NCBI RefSeq assembly: GCF_009914755.1
Contig: NC_060946.1
Source: the human T2T-CHM13v2.0 reference genome, Homo sapiens
Strand: one strand, 5' to 3'
Length of the DNA: 64,000 bases
The translations under genes and the position numbers were made by a program. This document shows positions 1 to 12,800 of the stretch, in pieces (the first letter of the stretch is position 1; each line of letters starts with the position of its first letter). Under the pieces are notes generated by a model, which was not told the origin of the DNA, ran no database searches, and was given only the letters and a program-made list of their open reading frames with translations.

Positions 1-3000
1 CCATTCCATTCCATACCATTCCATTCCATTCCTTTTGACTCCATTTCATTCGAGTCCATTCCATTCAATTCCATTCTCTTCCATTCTATTCCAATCTATT
101 CAATTTCATTTTCTTCCAGTCCAATCCATTCGAGTCCATTACATTCCAATCCATTCCAATCGATTCCATTCCTTTCAATTCCATTCCGTTGAATTCCATT
201 CCATTCGATTCCAGTCCAATCCATTCCACTGCATTACTTTCTATTCCATTCCAATGCATTCCATTTTACTCCGTTTGATTACATTCCATTTGATTCCATT
301 CCATTCAAATCAATTACATTGCATTCCATTACATACGATTCCATTCTATTCCTGTCCATTCCATTCCTTTCCATTCCATTTGATTCTATTCCATTAGAAT
401 CCATTCCATACTATTGCATTCCATTCGATTCCATTCTATTCGAATAAATTCCATTCGGGACCATTCCTTTCAAGTTCATTCTATTTGAGTCCATTCCATT
501 TGATTACATTACATTTTGTTCCATTCCGTTCCATTCCATTCCATTCCATTCGATGCCATTCCATTTGATTCTAACCCGTTCGAGTCCATTCCATTCGACT
601 TCATTCCATTCCATTCAATTCCATTCCATTTCATTCCATTCCATTCCATTCGAAGCAATTCCTTTGGATTCTATTCCATTCGACTCCATTCCATTCAATT
701 CCATTTCAACCCATTCCATTCCATCCGATTCCATTCCATTCCATTCCACTCGTTTCCATTCCATTCGTGTCCATTCCACTCCAGTCCATTCCATTCGAGT
801 AAATTCCAATCCAGTCCGTTCCATTGAAGTCCATTCCATTCCATTTGATGTCTTTCCATTACACTCCCTTCAATTCCATTCCTTTTGGTGCTATTCCATT
901 CCATTCTATTCCATTTGAGTCCATTCCATTAGAGACCATTTCATTCCATTGCGTTCCATCCTTTCTGCTTCCATTCCATTCTACTCCTTTCCGTTCCATT
1001 CCATTTCATTCCATTCCATTCGTGTTCATTACATTCGAGACTATTCCACTCCAGTCCATTAAATTCAAGACCATTCCATTCCAGTCCATTCCATTCCGTT
1101 CTGCTCAATTCCAATCCGTTCAATTCCATTGTGTGCCAGTCCATTCCATTCCAGTCTATTTCATTCGATTCCATTCCATTTGATTCTATTCCATATTATT
1201 GCATTCCATTCGATTCCATTCTATTTGAATAAATTGCATTCGAGTCCATTCCTTTTGGGTCTATTCTATTTGAGTCCATTCCATTCGAGTCCATTATATT
1301 TGTGTCCATTCCACACTATTCCATTCCATTACATTCCATTCCACGCCCTTCCATTCCATTCTATTCCATTTGAGCCCACTCCATTTGAGTTCATTCCATT
1401 CCACTCCATTCCATTCCATTTGATGCCATACTATTCTATACTATTCCATTTGACTCCATTCCATTCCATTCCATTTGATGCCATATCATTCTATTCTATT
1501 CCATTTGGCTCCATTCCATTCCATTCCTTTCCATCCGATTCCATTCCTTTCTATTCCTTTTCATTCCGTTCCCTTCCATTGCATTGCATTCCATTCCATT
1601 CCATTGGTTTCCATTCCATTTGAGTCCATTCAACTCCAATACATTCCATTTGATTCCATTCCCTTCGACTCCATTCCAATCGAGTCCATTCCATTCCATC
1701 AATTCCTTTCAGCTTGATTCCAATCCGTTCAATTCTATTTTGTTCCAGTCCATTCCATTCGAGTCCTTTCCATTCCAGTCCATTCCTTTCAATTCCATTC
1801 CATTCGATTCCATTCCATTTGATTCCATTCTACTTGATTCCACTACGTTCCATTCAATTGCATTCCATTCTTTTCCATTCCATTGCATTCCATTATATTT
1901 CCTTCCTTTGCATTCCATTCCACTAAATTTGATTACATTCCATTCGATTCCATTCCATTCTAATCAATTACATTTCCGTCCATTACATTCGCGAACACTC
2001 TATTCCAGTCCATTCCATTCCACTCCATTTCATTCGATTCCATTCCATTTGATTCCATTCCATACTATTGCATTCCAGTCAATTCCATTCTATTCGAATA
2101 AATTCCATTTGAGAACATTCCTTTTGAGTTCAATCTATTTGAGGCCATTCCATTCGAGTCCATTACATTTGGGTCTATTCCACTCCGTTCCATTCCATTC
2201 CATTCGATGCCATTTCATTCTATTCTATTCCATTCAAGTCAATTCCATTCGAGTCCATTCCATTCCATTCAAAGCCATTGCATTCGATTTTATTCCGTTC
2301 AACTCCATTCCATTCCATTCCGTTCCATCCGATTCCATTCCATTCTATTCCTTTCCACTCCATTCCCTTCCATTACATTCATTTCCATTCCATTCAAGTC
2401 CATTCCACTCCAGTCCATTCCATTCGATTCCACTCCATTCCAGTACATTCCATTCGAGTCTATTCCATTGCATTCCATTCAATTCCATTCCATTCTATCC
2501 GATTCCATTCCATTTTATTCCTTTCCATTCCATTTCATTCCTTTCTAATCCATTTCATTCGTTTCCATTCCATTCCAGTCCATTCCACTCCAGTCCATTC
2601 TATTCGTGTCCATTCCATTCTAGTCCATTCCATTCGAGTCCATTCTATTCGATTCCAATCCATTCTATTCCATTCCTCTCGATTCCACTCCATTCCAATC
2701 CATTGTATTCCATTCTATTCCATTCCATTGCATTCCCTTCTATTCCGTTCAATTCCATTTGATTACATTCCATTCGATTCCATTCCATCCGATTCCAATC
2801 AATTCTATACCATTCTATTCGAATAAATTCCATTCAAGACCGTTCGTTTCGAGTCCATTCTGTTTGAATACATTCCATTCAAGTCCATTACATTTGGGTT
2901 CATCCCATTCTATTCCATTCGTTGCCATCCCATCCAATTCTATTCCATTTGAATCCATCACATTCGAGTCCATTCCATTCAATTCATTCCATTCCATTCG

Positions 3001-6000
3001 ATGTCATTCCATTCGATTCTGTTCTATTCGACTCCATTCCATTCCATTCCGTTCCTTCTGATTCCATTCCAGTCTATTCCTTTCCATTCCATTCCATTCC
3101 ATTCCATTCCATTCCATTCCATTCCATTCGTTTCCATTCCATTTGCATCCATTCCACTCCTGTCCATTCCATTCAAGTCCACTCAATTCCTGTACATTCC
3201 ATTCGAGTCCATTATATTCCATTCCATTTGATTTGTTTCCTTTACACTCCATTGCATTCTATTCCTTTTGATTACATTCAATTCCATTCTATTCCATTCA
3301 ATTCCTCTTGATTCCATTTCATTCAACTCCATTCCATTGGAGTCCATTCCATTCCATTCCTTTCAACTCCAATCTCTTCGATTCCATTTTGTTCCAGTCC
3401 AATCTAGTCGAGTCCAGTTCATTCCAATCCGTTCCAATAGATTCCATTCCTTTCAAATCCAATCCATTCGATTCCATTCCACTCGATTCCGCTCCTTTCC
3501 ATTCCATTGCATTCCATACTATCCATTCCATTTCATTCCATTCTATTCCGCTTCATTTTATTCCATTCAATTTCATTCCATTCGAATCACATTCATTGCA
3601 GTCCATTAAATTCGAGGCCATTCTATTCCAGTCCATTCCATTCCGGTCCATTCCATTCGACTCGGTTCCATTCAATTCCCTTCAATACTATTGCATTACA
3701 TTCTATTGTATTCTATTCGAATAAATTCCATTCGAGACAGTTCCTTTCGTGTTCGTTCTATTTGAGTCCATTCCATTTGAGTACATTACATTTGAGATCA
3801 TTCCATTGCATTCCATTCCTTTCCATTTGATGCCATTCCTTTCAATTCTATTCGATTCGAGTCCATTCCATTTGACTTCATTCCATTCCATTCCATTCCA
3901 TTCGAAGCCATTCCATTGGATTCTATTCCATTTGACTCCATTCCATTCCATACCATTCCATCCGATTCCATTCCATACTATTCCTTTATATTTCATTCCA
4001 TTCCTTTCCATTCCATGCCATTCAATTCGTCTCCATTCCATTCGAGCCCATTCCACTCCAGTCCATTCCATTCGAGTCAATTCCATTACAGTCCTTTCCA
4101 TTCCATTCCTTTCCATTCGATATCGTTCCATTGCACTCCATTCCATTCTATTCCTTTCGATTCCATTCAATTCCGTTCCATTTGATTCGATTCCATACTA
4201 TTGCATTCCTTTCATTTCCATTCCATTCGTATAAATTACATTCGAGACCATTTCTTTCGAGTCCATTTTATTTGAGCCCATTCCACTCGATTCCATTACA
4301 TTTGGGTCCATACCATTCCGTTCCATTCAATTCCATTCGATCCCAATCCATTCTTTTCTATTCCATTCGAGTCCATTCCAATCAAGTCCAATCCATTCCA
4401 TTTGATGAAATTCCATTCGATTCTATTCCATTCGAGTTGATTCCATTCCATTCGGTTCCATCCAATTACATTCCATTCTATTCTGTTCCTTTCCATTCCA
4501 TTCCATTCCATTCTTTTCCAATCCATGTGAATCCATTCCACTCCAGTCCATTCCATTCGAGTCCCTTCCATTCCAGTCCATTCCTTTCGAGTCCATTCCA
4601 TTCCATTCCATTCAATATCTTTTCATTACACTCCATTCCATTCTATTCCATCAATTCCATTCAATTCCACTCTATTCGATTCCCTTCCATTTGATTCCAA
4701 TCCATTCGACTCCATTCCATTCGAGTCCATTTCATTCCATTCCAATGCATTCTGTTCCTTTCAATACCAATCCAATTGATTCCATTTAGTTCCAATACAT
4801 TGCATTCCAGTCCATTCCATTCCATTCCATTCGAAGCTATTGCATTCGATTTTATTGCATTCAACTCCATTCCATTCCATCCGATTCCATTCCATTCTAG
4901 TCCTTTCCATTCCATTCCATTCCATTCATTTAAATTCCAATCGAGTCCATTCCACTCCGGTCCATTCCATTTGAGTCCATTCCATTCCAGTCCATTCCAT
5001 TCGAGTCCATTCCACTCCATTTCTTTCCATTTGATATCTTTCCATTGCACTCCATTCCTTTCTATTCCTTTCAATTCTGTTCAATTCCATTCCATTCAAT
5101 TCCAATCCATACTATTGCATTCCATTCAATTCCATTCTATCGTATAAATTACATTCGAGACCATTTTTTCGAGTCCATTCAATTTGAGCCCATTCCATTC
5201 AAGTCCATTACATTTGTGTCCATTCCATTCTGTTCCATTCCATTGCATTTGATCCCATTCCGTTTGTTTCTATTCCATTCGAGTCCATTCCAATCGAGTC
5301 CATTCCATTCCATTCAATGAAATTCCATTCGATTCTATTCCATTCCAGTTGATATCATTTAATTCCGTTCCATCTGATTCCATTCCATTCTATTCTTTTC
5401 CATTCCATTCCACTCCATTCCTTTCCATTCGTTTCCATGCCATTCGAATCCATTCCACTCCAGTCCATTCCTTTCGAGTGCATTCCATTCCAGTCCATTG
5501 CATTCGAGTCCATTCCATTCCATTCCATTGGAAGCCATTGCATTCGAATTTATTCCATTCGACTCCATTCCATTCCATTCCGTTCCATCGGATTCCATTC
5601 CATTCTATTCCTTTCCATTCCATTTTCTTCCATTCCATTCGTTTCCATTCCATTCCTGTCCATTCCACTCCAGTCCATTGCATTTGTTTCCACTCCATTC
5701 CAGTACATTCCATTCGAGTGCATTCCATTGCATTCCATTCAATTCCGTTCGATGCCATTCCATTCGATTCTATTTCAATCGACTCCATTCCATTCCATTC
5801 CGTTCCATCTGATTGCATTCCATTCTATTCCTTTCCATTCCATTCCCTTCCATTCCATTCTTTTCCATTCCATTCTATTTCATTTCATTCCATTCCATTC
5901 CATTCCATTCGATGCCATTCAAATCGACTCCATTCCATTCCATTCCTTTCTATCTGATTCCATTCCTTTTTATTCCTTTCCATTCCATTCCATTCCTTTC

Positions 6001-6820
6001 CAATCCATTCCAATCTTCTCCATTCCAGTCCATTCCATTCCACTCCAGTTCACTCCATTTGATTCCATTCCATTACAGTCAATTCCATTTGAGTCCATTC
6101 CATTACAGTCCATTCCATTCGAGTCCATTCCATTCGATTCCAATCGATTTGATTCCATTCCACTCGATTCCACTCCGTTCGATTCCATTGTATTCCGTTC
6201 TATTCTATTCCACTGCATTCCATTCTATTCCATTCCATTGCATTCCATTCCATTCCATTTGATTACATTCCATTCGAATCAATTACATTGCAGTCCATTA
6301 CATTTGACTCCGTTCTATTCCAGTCCATTCCATTCCGGTCCATTCCATTCGATTCCATTCCATTTGATTTCCTTCCCTCCGATTCCATTCCATTCTATAC
6401 CATTGTATTTGAATAAATTCCATTCGAGACCATTCGTTTCGAGTCCATTTTATTTGAGTCCATTCCATTCGAGTCCGTTACATTTGGGTCCATCCCATTC
6501 CATTCCATTCGATGCCATCCCATTTGATTCTATTCCATTCGTGTCCATTCCTTTCTAGTCCATTCCATTCTAGTCCATTAAATTCGAGTCCATTCCTTTA
6601 CACTCCATTCCATTCCATTCTCTTTGACTCCATTCCATTCCTTTCCATTCCATTCCATTCCATTCCATTCCATTCCATTCGATTACATTCCATTTGAGTC
6701 CATTACATTCGACTCCATTCCATTTGATTCCATACCTTTTGATTCCATTCCATTTGGGTCCATTCCATCAAATTCCATTCTTTCCTTTCCGTTCCTTTCC
6801 AGTCCATTCGCTTCCAGTCC
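1..6820 (+). repeat. HSat3 sub-domain A: CATTC/CATTCGA-rich, with a recurrent ~90-bp landmark module
   Basis: Module like tattcgaataaattccattcgagaccattc...gagtccattacatttgggtcc recurs at ~443, 1228, 2097, 2822, 3720, 4231, 5143 and 6412. There are almost no CACTC runs. Confidence 0.8.
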
Positions 6821-9800
6821 ATTCCAATCCACTCCACTCCACTCCATTGAATTCCATTACTTTCCATTCCATCTCTTTCCAATCTATTTCCCTCCACTCC
6901 ACTACACTCCATTAAATGTCATTACACCCCATTCCATTCCACTCCATTTCAATCCACTCTACTCCACTTCACCGCATTCCATTTGATTCCATTGAATGCC
7001 ATTCGATTTCATTCCATTCGATTCCATTCCATTCCATTCTCTTCCATTCAATTCCATTCCATTTGATTCCATTCCATCCCAATCCATTCCATTCCATTCC
7101 ATTGCATTCCATTCCATTCCATTCCATTCCATTCCATTCCATTCTATTCCATTCATTCCATTCATTTCCATTTCATTCCATTCCATTCCATTGCATTTCA
7201 TTTCCACTCCCCTCTACTTCACTCCATTCCGTTCAATTCCATTCCTTCTCATTCCATTCCACTCCATTCCACTCCTATGCATTCCGTTTCACTCAATTCC
7301 ATTCCACCCCTTTCCATTCCCCTCCATTTCACTCCTCTCTTCTCCACTGCTTTCCAGTTGATGCCTTTCGATTAAATTCCATTCGATTCCATTCCACTGT
7401 ATTCCATTCCAATCGATTGCACTCCAGTCCTCTCCATTCCAATCCATTCCGTTCCATTCTATTCGATTTCATTCCACTCCACTCCACTCTGATCCACTCC
7501 ATTCCATTCTATTACATTGTATTCAACTCCATTCCATTCAATTCCATTCTATTCCTTTCCACTCCACTCTACTACACTCCATTGAAATCCATTCCTCCCC
7601 ATTCCTTTCCACTCCATTCCATTCCACTGCACTCCATTTCAATGCATGCCATTCGATTACAGTCATTTCCAGTCGATTCCATTCTATTCGATTCCAAACC
7701 TTTTGATTTCACTCCATTCGATTTGATTCGATTCCATTCCATTCCATTCGATTTCATTCCTTTCGATTTGATTTTATTCCATTCGGGTCCATTCCTTTCG
7801 AATATATTTCACTCGATTGCATTCCATTCGAGTCCATTTCATTCGAGTGCATTATATTAAATTCCATTCTTTCCATTCCATTCCAGTCCTTTCCATTCCA
7901 GTCCATTCCAATCCAATCCACTCCACTCCACTCCACTCCATTCAATTCCATTCCTTCCAATTCCATTCCATTCCACTCCATTCCCCTCCACTCCACTACA
8001 CTCCATTCAATTTATTTCCACCCCATTCCATTGCACCCCATGACAATCCATTCCACTCCACTTCATCACATTCCATTTGATTCCGTTCATTGCCATTCAA
8101 TTCCATTCCTTTCGATTGCCTTCCACTCTATTCCTCTCCATTTGATTCCATTCCATTCTATTCCATTCCCGTCGATTCATTTCCATTCGATTGCATTACA
8201 TTCGAGGACATTCCATTCAATTCGTTTCCATTCCAGTTCATTCCATTGCAGTCCATTCCTTTTGAGTCCATCCCATTCGGGACTCTTCCATTCCAGTCAA
8301 TTCCATTCGAGCCCATTCTATTCCAATCTATTTTAGTCTAGTCCATTCCACTGGAGTCCATTCCATTCGAGTCCATTCCATTCGAGTCCATTCCATTCGA
8401 GTCCATTCCATTCCAGTCCATTCTATTCCAGTCTATTCCGTTTGAGTCTATTCCATCGGAGTCCATTATATTCTTTTCCATTCTCTTCCTTCCCTTTCCT
8501 TCCTTTCCATTCCATTCCACTCCACTCCATTCCATTCCTTTCCACTTCACTCCATTCCATTCCAGTCCACTCCATTCTATTCCACTGCATTCCACTCCAT
8601 TCCACTTTTCCATTCCATTCCATTCCATTCCATTCCATTCCATTCCATTCCATTCCATTCCATTCTATTGCATTCCATTCCACTCCGCTCTGCTCCACTC
8701 CACTCCATTCAATTCCATTCGTTCTCATTCCATTCCACTCCATTCTTCTCCAATCCACTGCATTCCATTCAATTCCACTGCATTCCACTCCTCTCTACTC
8801 CACTTCACAGCATTCCAGTCAATGCCATTCTATTCCATTCCATTCCATTCCAATTCATTCCATTTCATTTGATTCCATTCCATTCCATTCAATTGCGTTC
8901 CATTCCATTCCATTCCATTTCATTCCATTCCTTTCCTTTCCATTCCATTCAATTCAATTCGAGTCTGTTCCATTCAATTCCATTCCATTGGATTCCTTTC
9001 CAAACTATTCCATTCCATTCAATTCCATGCCATTAAAGTACATTCCCTTCGAGTCCAGTCTAGTCCATTCCATTCCATTCCCCTCCACTCCACTCAACTC
9101 CACTCCACTACATTCCATTCCATTCTATTCCATTACATTCCATTCCACTCCAGTCGACTCCATTCCATTCCATTCCTCTCCATTCCATTCCATTCCATTC
9201 TATTCCTTTACACTCCACTCTCCTTCACTCCACTCCATTCCACTTCACTCTATTCCATTCCATTCCACTGCATTCCAATCCACTTCAATCCACTCCACTC
9301 AATTCCATTCCTTCCCATTCCATTCCATTCCACTCCATTGCACTCCATACAATTGAGTTCCACATCATTCAATTCCACTCCATTACACTCCACTCCACTT
9401 AACCGCATTCCATTAGATTCTATACGATGCCATTCTGTTCCTTTACTTTCCATTTCATTCCAGTCAATTCCATTCTATTCAATTCCATTCCATTCGATTC
9501 CATTTCTTTCGATTCCATTCCATTGTTTCCATTCAATTTGATTCCCTTCCACTCGATTCCACTGCATTTGGGTGCTTTTCATTCGAGTCCATTCCATTCC
9601 TCTCCATTCCCTCCCAGTCCATTCCAGTCCAGTCCAATTTACTCGAGTCCATTCCATTCCATTCCTTCATATTCCTTTCTACTATACTCCATTCCATTCC
9701 ATTGCATTGCAATCCACTCCACTCCGTTCAATTCCACTCCTACCCATTCCAATCCATTCCATTCCATTCCATTGCATTCCTTTCCAATCTATTGCAATCC

Positions 9801-12800
9801 ATTCCATTGCATTCCACTCCATTCCACTCCATTCCATACCATTCCACTCCACTCGACTCCACTCCATTCCTTTCCATTCCATTCAACTCAACTCCAAACA
9901 AATCCACTCCCCTCGATTCCTCTACATTCCACTCTATTCCACTCCAATCCACTCCACTCCACTCCATTCCATTCCATTTCATTGCATTCCACTCCACTCC
10001 ACTCCGTTCAATTCCATTCCTTTAAATTCCATTTTATTCCATTCCGTTAGATTCCACTGCACTCCACTCCATTGAATTCCATTCCAACCTATTCCATTCC
10101 ACACCATTCCACTCCACTCCACTCTAGTTCACCGCATCCCATTCAATTCCATTCGATGTCATTCGATTCCCTTCCTTTCAGTTCCATTCCATTCGATTCC
10201 ATTCCATTCAAATTCATTCCTTTGGATTCCATTCCGTTAGATTCCATTACATTCGAGGCCATTCCATTCCAGTATACTGCATTCAGGTCCATTCTGTTTG
10301 GGTCCATTACATTCGAGTCCATTCTACTCGCGTCCATTACATTTCATTCCATTCCACTCCACTCCATTCCACTCCACTCCATTACACTACATTCTACTCC
10401 ACTCCATTCCATTCCATTCTATTCCATCCCACTGCAATCCACTCCACTCCACTCCACTCCATTCTATTCTATTCCACTCCACTCCATTTCATTCCACTCC
10501 ACTCCATTCCACTCCACTACATTCCATTCCAATTCATTCCATTCCATTCTATTCCATTCCATTCCATTCCATTGTATTCCATCCCACTGCAAGCCACTCC
10601 ACTCCAATCCACTCCACCCCATTCCATTCTATTCCACTCCATTCCATTTCATTCCACTCCACTCCATTCCACTCCACTACATTCCATTCCATTCTATTAC
10701 ATTCTATTCCACTCCACTCCTCTACATTCATTTCCATTTCCATTCATTCCATTTCATTCCACTGTAATACATTCCATTCCATTGCATTCCAGTCCACTCC
10801 ACTCCACTCTGTTCAATTCCATTCCTTCCCATTCAATTCCTTTCCAATCCATTCCACCTGACTCCACTCCACTCCATTCAATTAAATTCCACCCCATTCC
10901 ATTCCACTCCATTCCACTCCTCTCCACTTCACCGCATTGTTTTCAAATCCATTCGATGCTTTTCGAGTCCGTTCAATTCGAATCCATTTCATTCGATTCC
11001 ATTCCATTCAATCCCATTCTATTTGATTCTGTTCCATTCGATTCCATTGCATTTGATTCCTTTGCATTTGATTCCATTCCATTCCATTCCGTTCCATTGT
11101 ATTCCATTCCGTTATATTCGATTCCTTTCCATTCGACTCCATTCCATTCGAGTCCATTCCATTTGAGTCCAATCCATTCCAGTCCATTCCATTGGAATCC
11201 AATCCATTCCAGTCAATTCCATTTGATTCAATTCCATTCCAATCCATTCCATTCCACTCCACTCCACTCGTCTCCACTCCACTCAACTCCATTCCAATCA
11301 AATCCAATGCATTGCACTCAAATACATTGCACTCCATTCCATTCAGTTCCTTTCCTTCCCATTCCATTCCATTCCAATCAATTTCCCTTCACTCCACTCC
11401 ATTCAATTCCATTCCAGCCTATTCCATTCCACTCCATTCCACTCCACTCCACTTCACCGCATTCCATTCGATTCTATTCCATTCGATTCCATTCCATTCC
11501 TGTCCATTCCGTTCAATTCCATTAAATTCGATTCCATTCCATTCGATTCCATTCCTTTCGAATCCTTTCCTTTCAATTTCATTCCATTCTGTTCCATTCC
11601 ATTCCATTCCATTCTATTTCATTCGATTCCATTCCATTCGAGTCCATTCATTCCTTTCCATTCCATTCCATTCCATTCCACTGCATTCCACTCCACTCCA
11701 CTCCACTCTGCTCTACTCCATTCCTTCGCATTCCATTCCACTCCATTCCAATCCAGTCCAGTCCACTCCATTCTATTCCTATCCACTCCATTCCACTCCA
11801 TTCCACTCCTCTCCACTCCGCTTCACTGCAATCCATTCCATGCCGTTTGATTACATTCCATTCAATTCCGTTCTAATCCATTCAATTACACTCCCTTCCA
11901 TTCCATTCGATTCCATTCCATTCCATTCTATTCCATTATACTTCAATCGATTGCATTCCATTCCTTTTGATTCCTTGCCCTTCCATTCCATTTGATACTA
12001 TTCCATTCTATTCCATTCCATTCCATTCTATTCCGTTCCACTTCATTCCTTTGCATTCAATTCCTTTCCATTGCATTCCATTCCATTCCATTCCATTGCA
12101 TTGCATTCCATTCCATTCCAATTGATTCCGTTCCTTTGGATTCCCTTCCATTGAATTCCATTCCATTCGAGTCCAGTCCATTCCAGTCCATTCCATTCCA
12201 GAACATTTCGTTCCATTCCATTCCATTCCATTCCAGAACATTTCGTTCCATTCCATTCCATTCCATTCCATCCCATTCCATTCCACTCCTTTCCATACCC
12301 CTTCACTCCAATTCACTCCACTCCATGCCACTCCATTCCATTCGATTCTATTGCATTCTATTCCATTCCATTCCACTCAATTCCATTCCATTCCATTCCA
12401 CTCCACTCCATTCCATTCCATTCCAATCCATTCCACTCCATTCCATTCTATTCCATTCCTCTCCACTCGACTCAACGCCACTCCATTCCACTTCACTCCA
12501 TTCCATTCTCTTCTATTCCATTGCTTTCCAATCCACTCCACTCCATTCAATTCCATTCCTTCCCATTCCATTCAATTCCACTCCATTCCTCTCCACTCCT
12601 CTCCACTCCATTCAATTGCATTCCAATCCTTTCCATTGCACACCCCTCCACTGAACATCACTGCATTCCATTCGAATCCTTACGATGCCATTTGTTTCCA
12701 TTTCATTTGATTTCATTCGATACCATTTGATTCCAATCCATTTGATTCCATTCCATTTGATTGTATTCCATTTGATTCCTTGCATTCAATTCCATTCTAT

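Noticed and set aside
443-6420. Periodic AATAAA in HSat3 as functional poly(A) signals
   Set aside because: They are part of a repeated satellite module, mutated in some copies, with no gene context or transcript evidence available.
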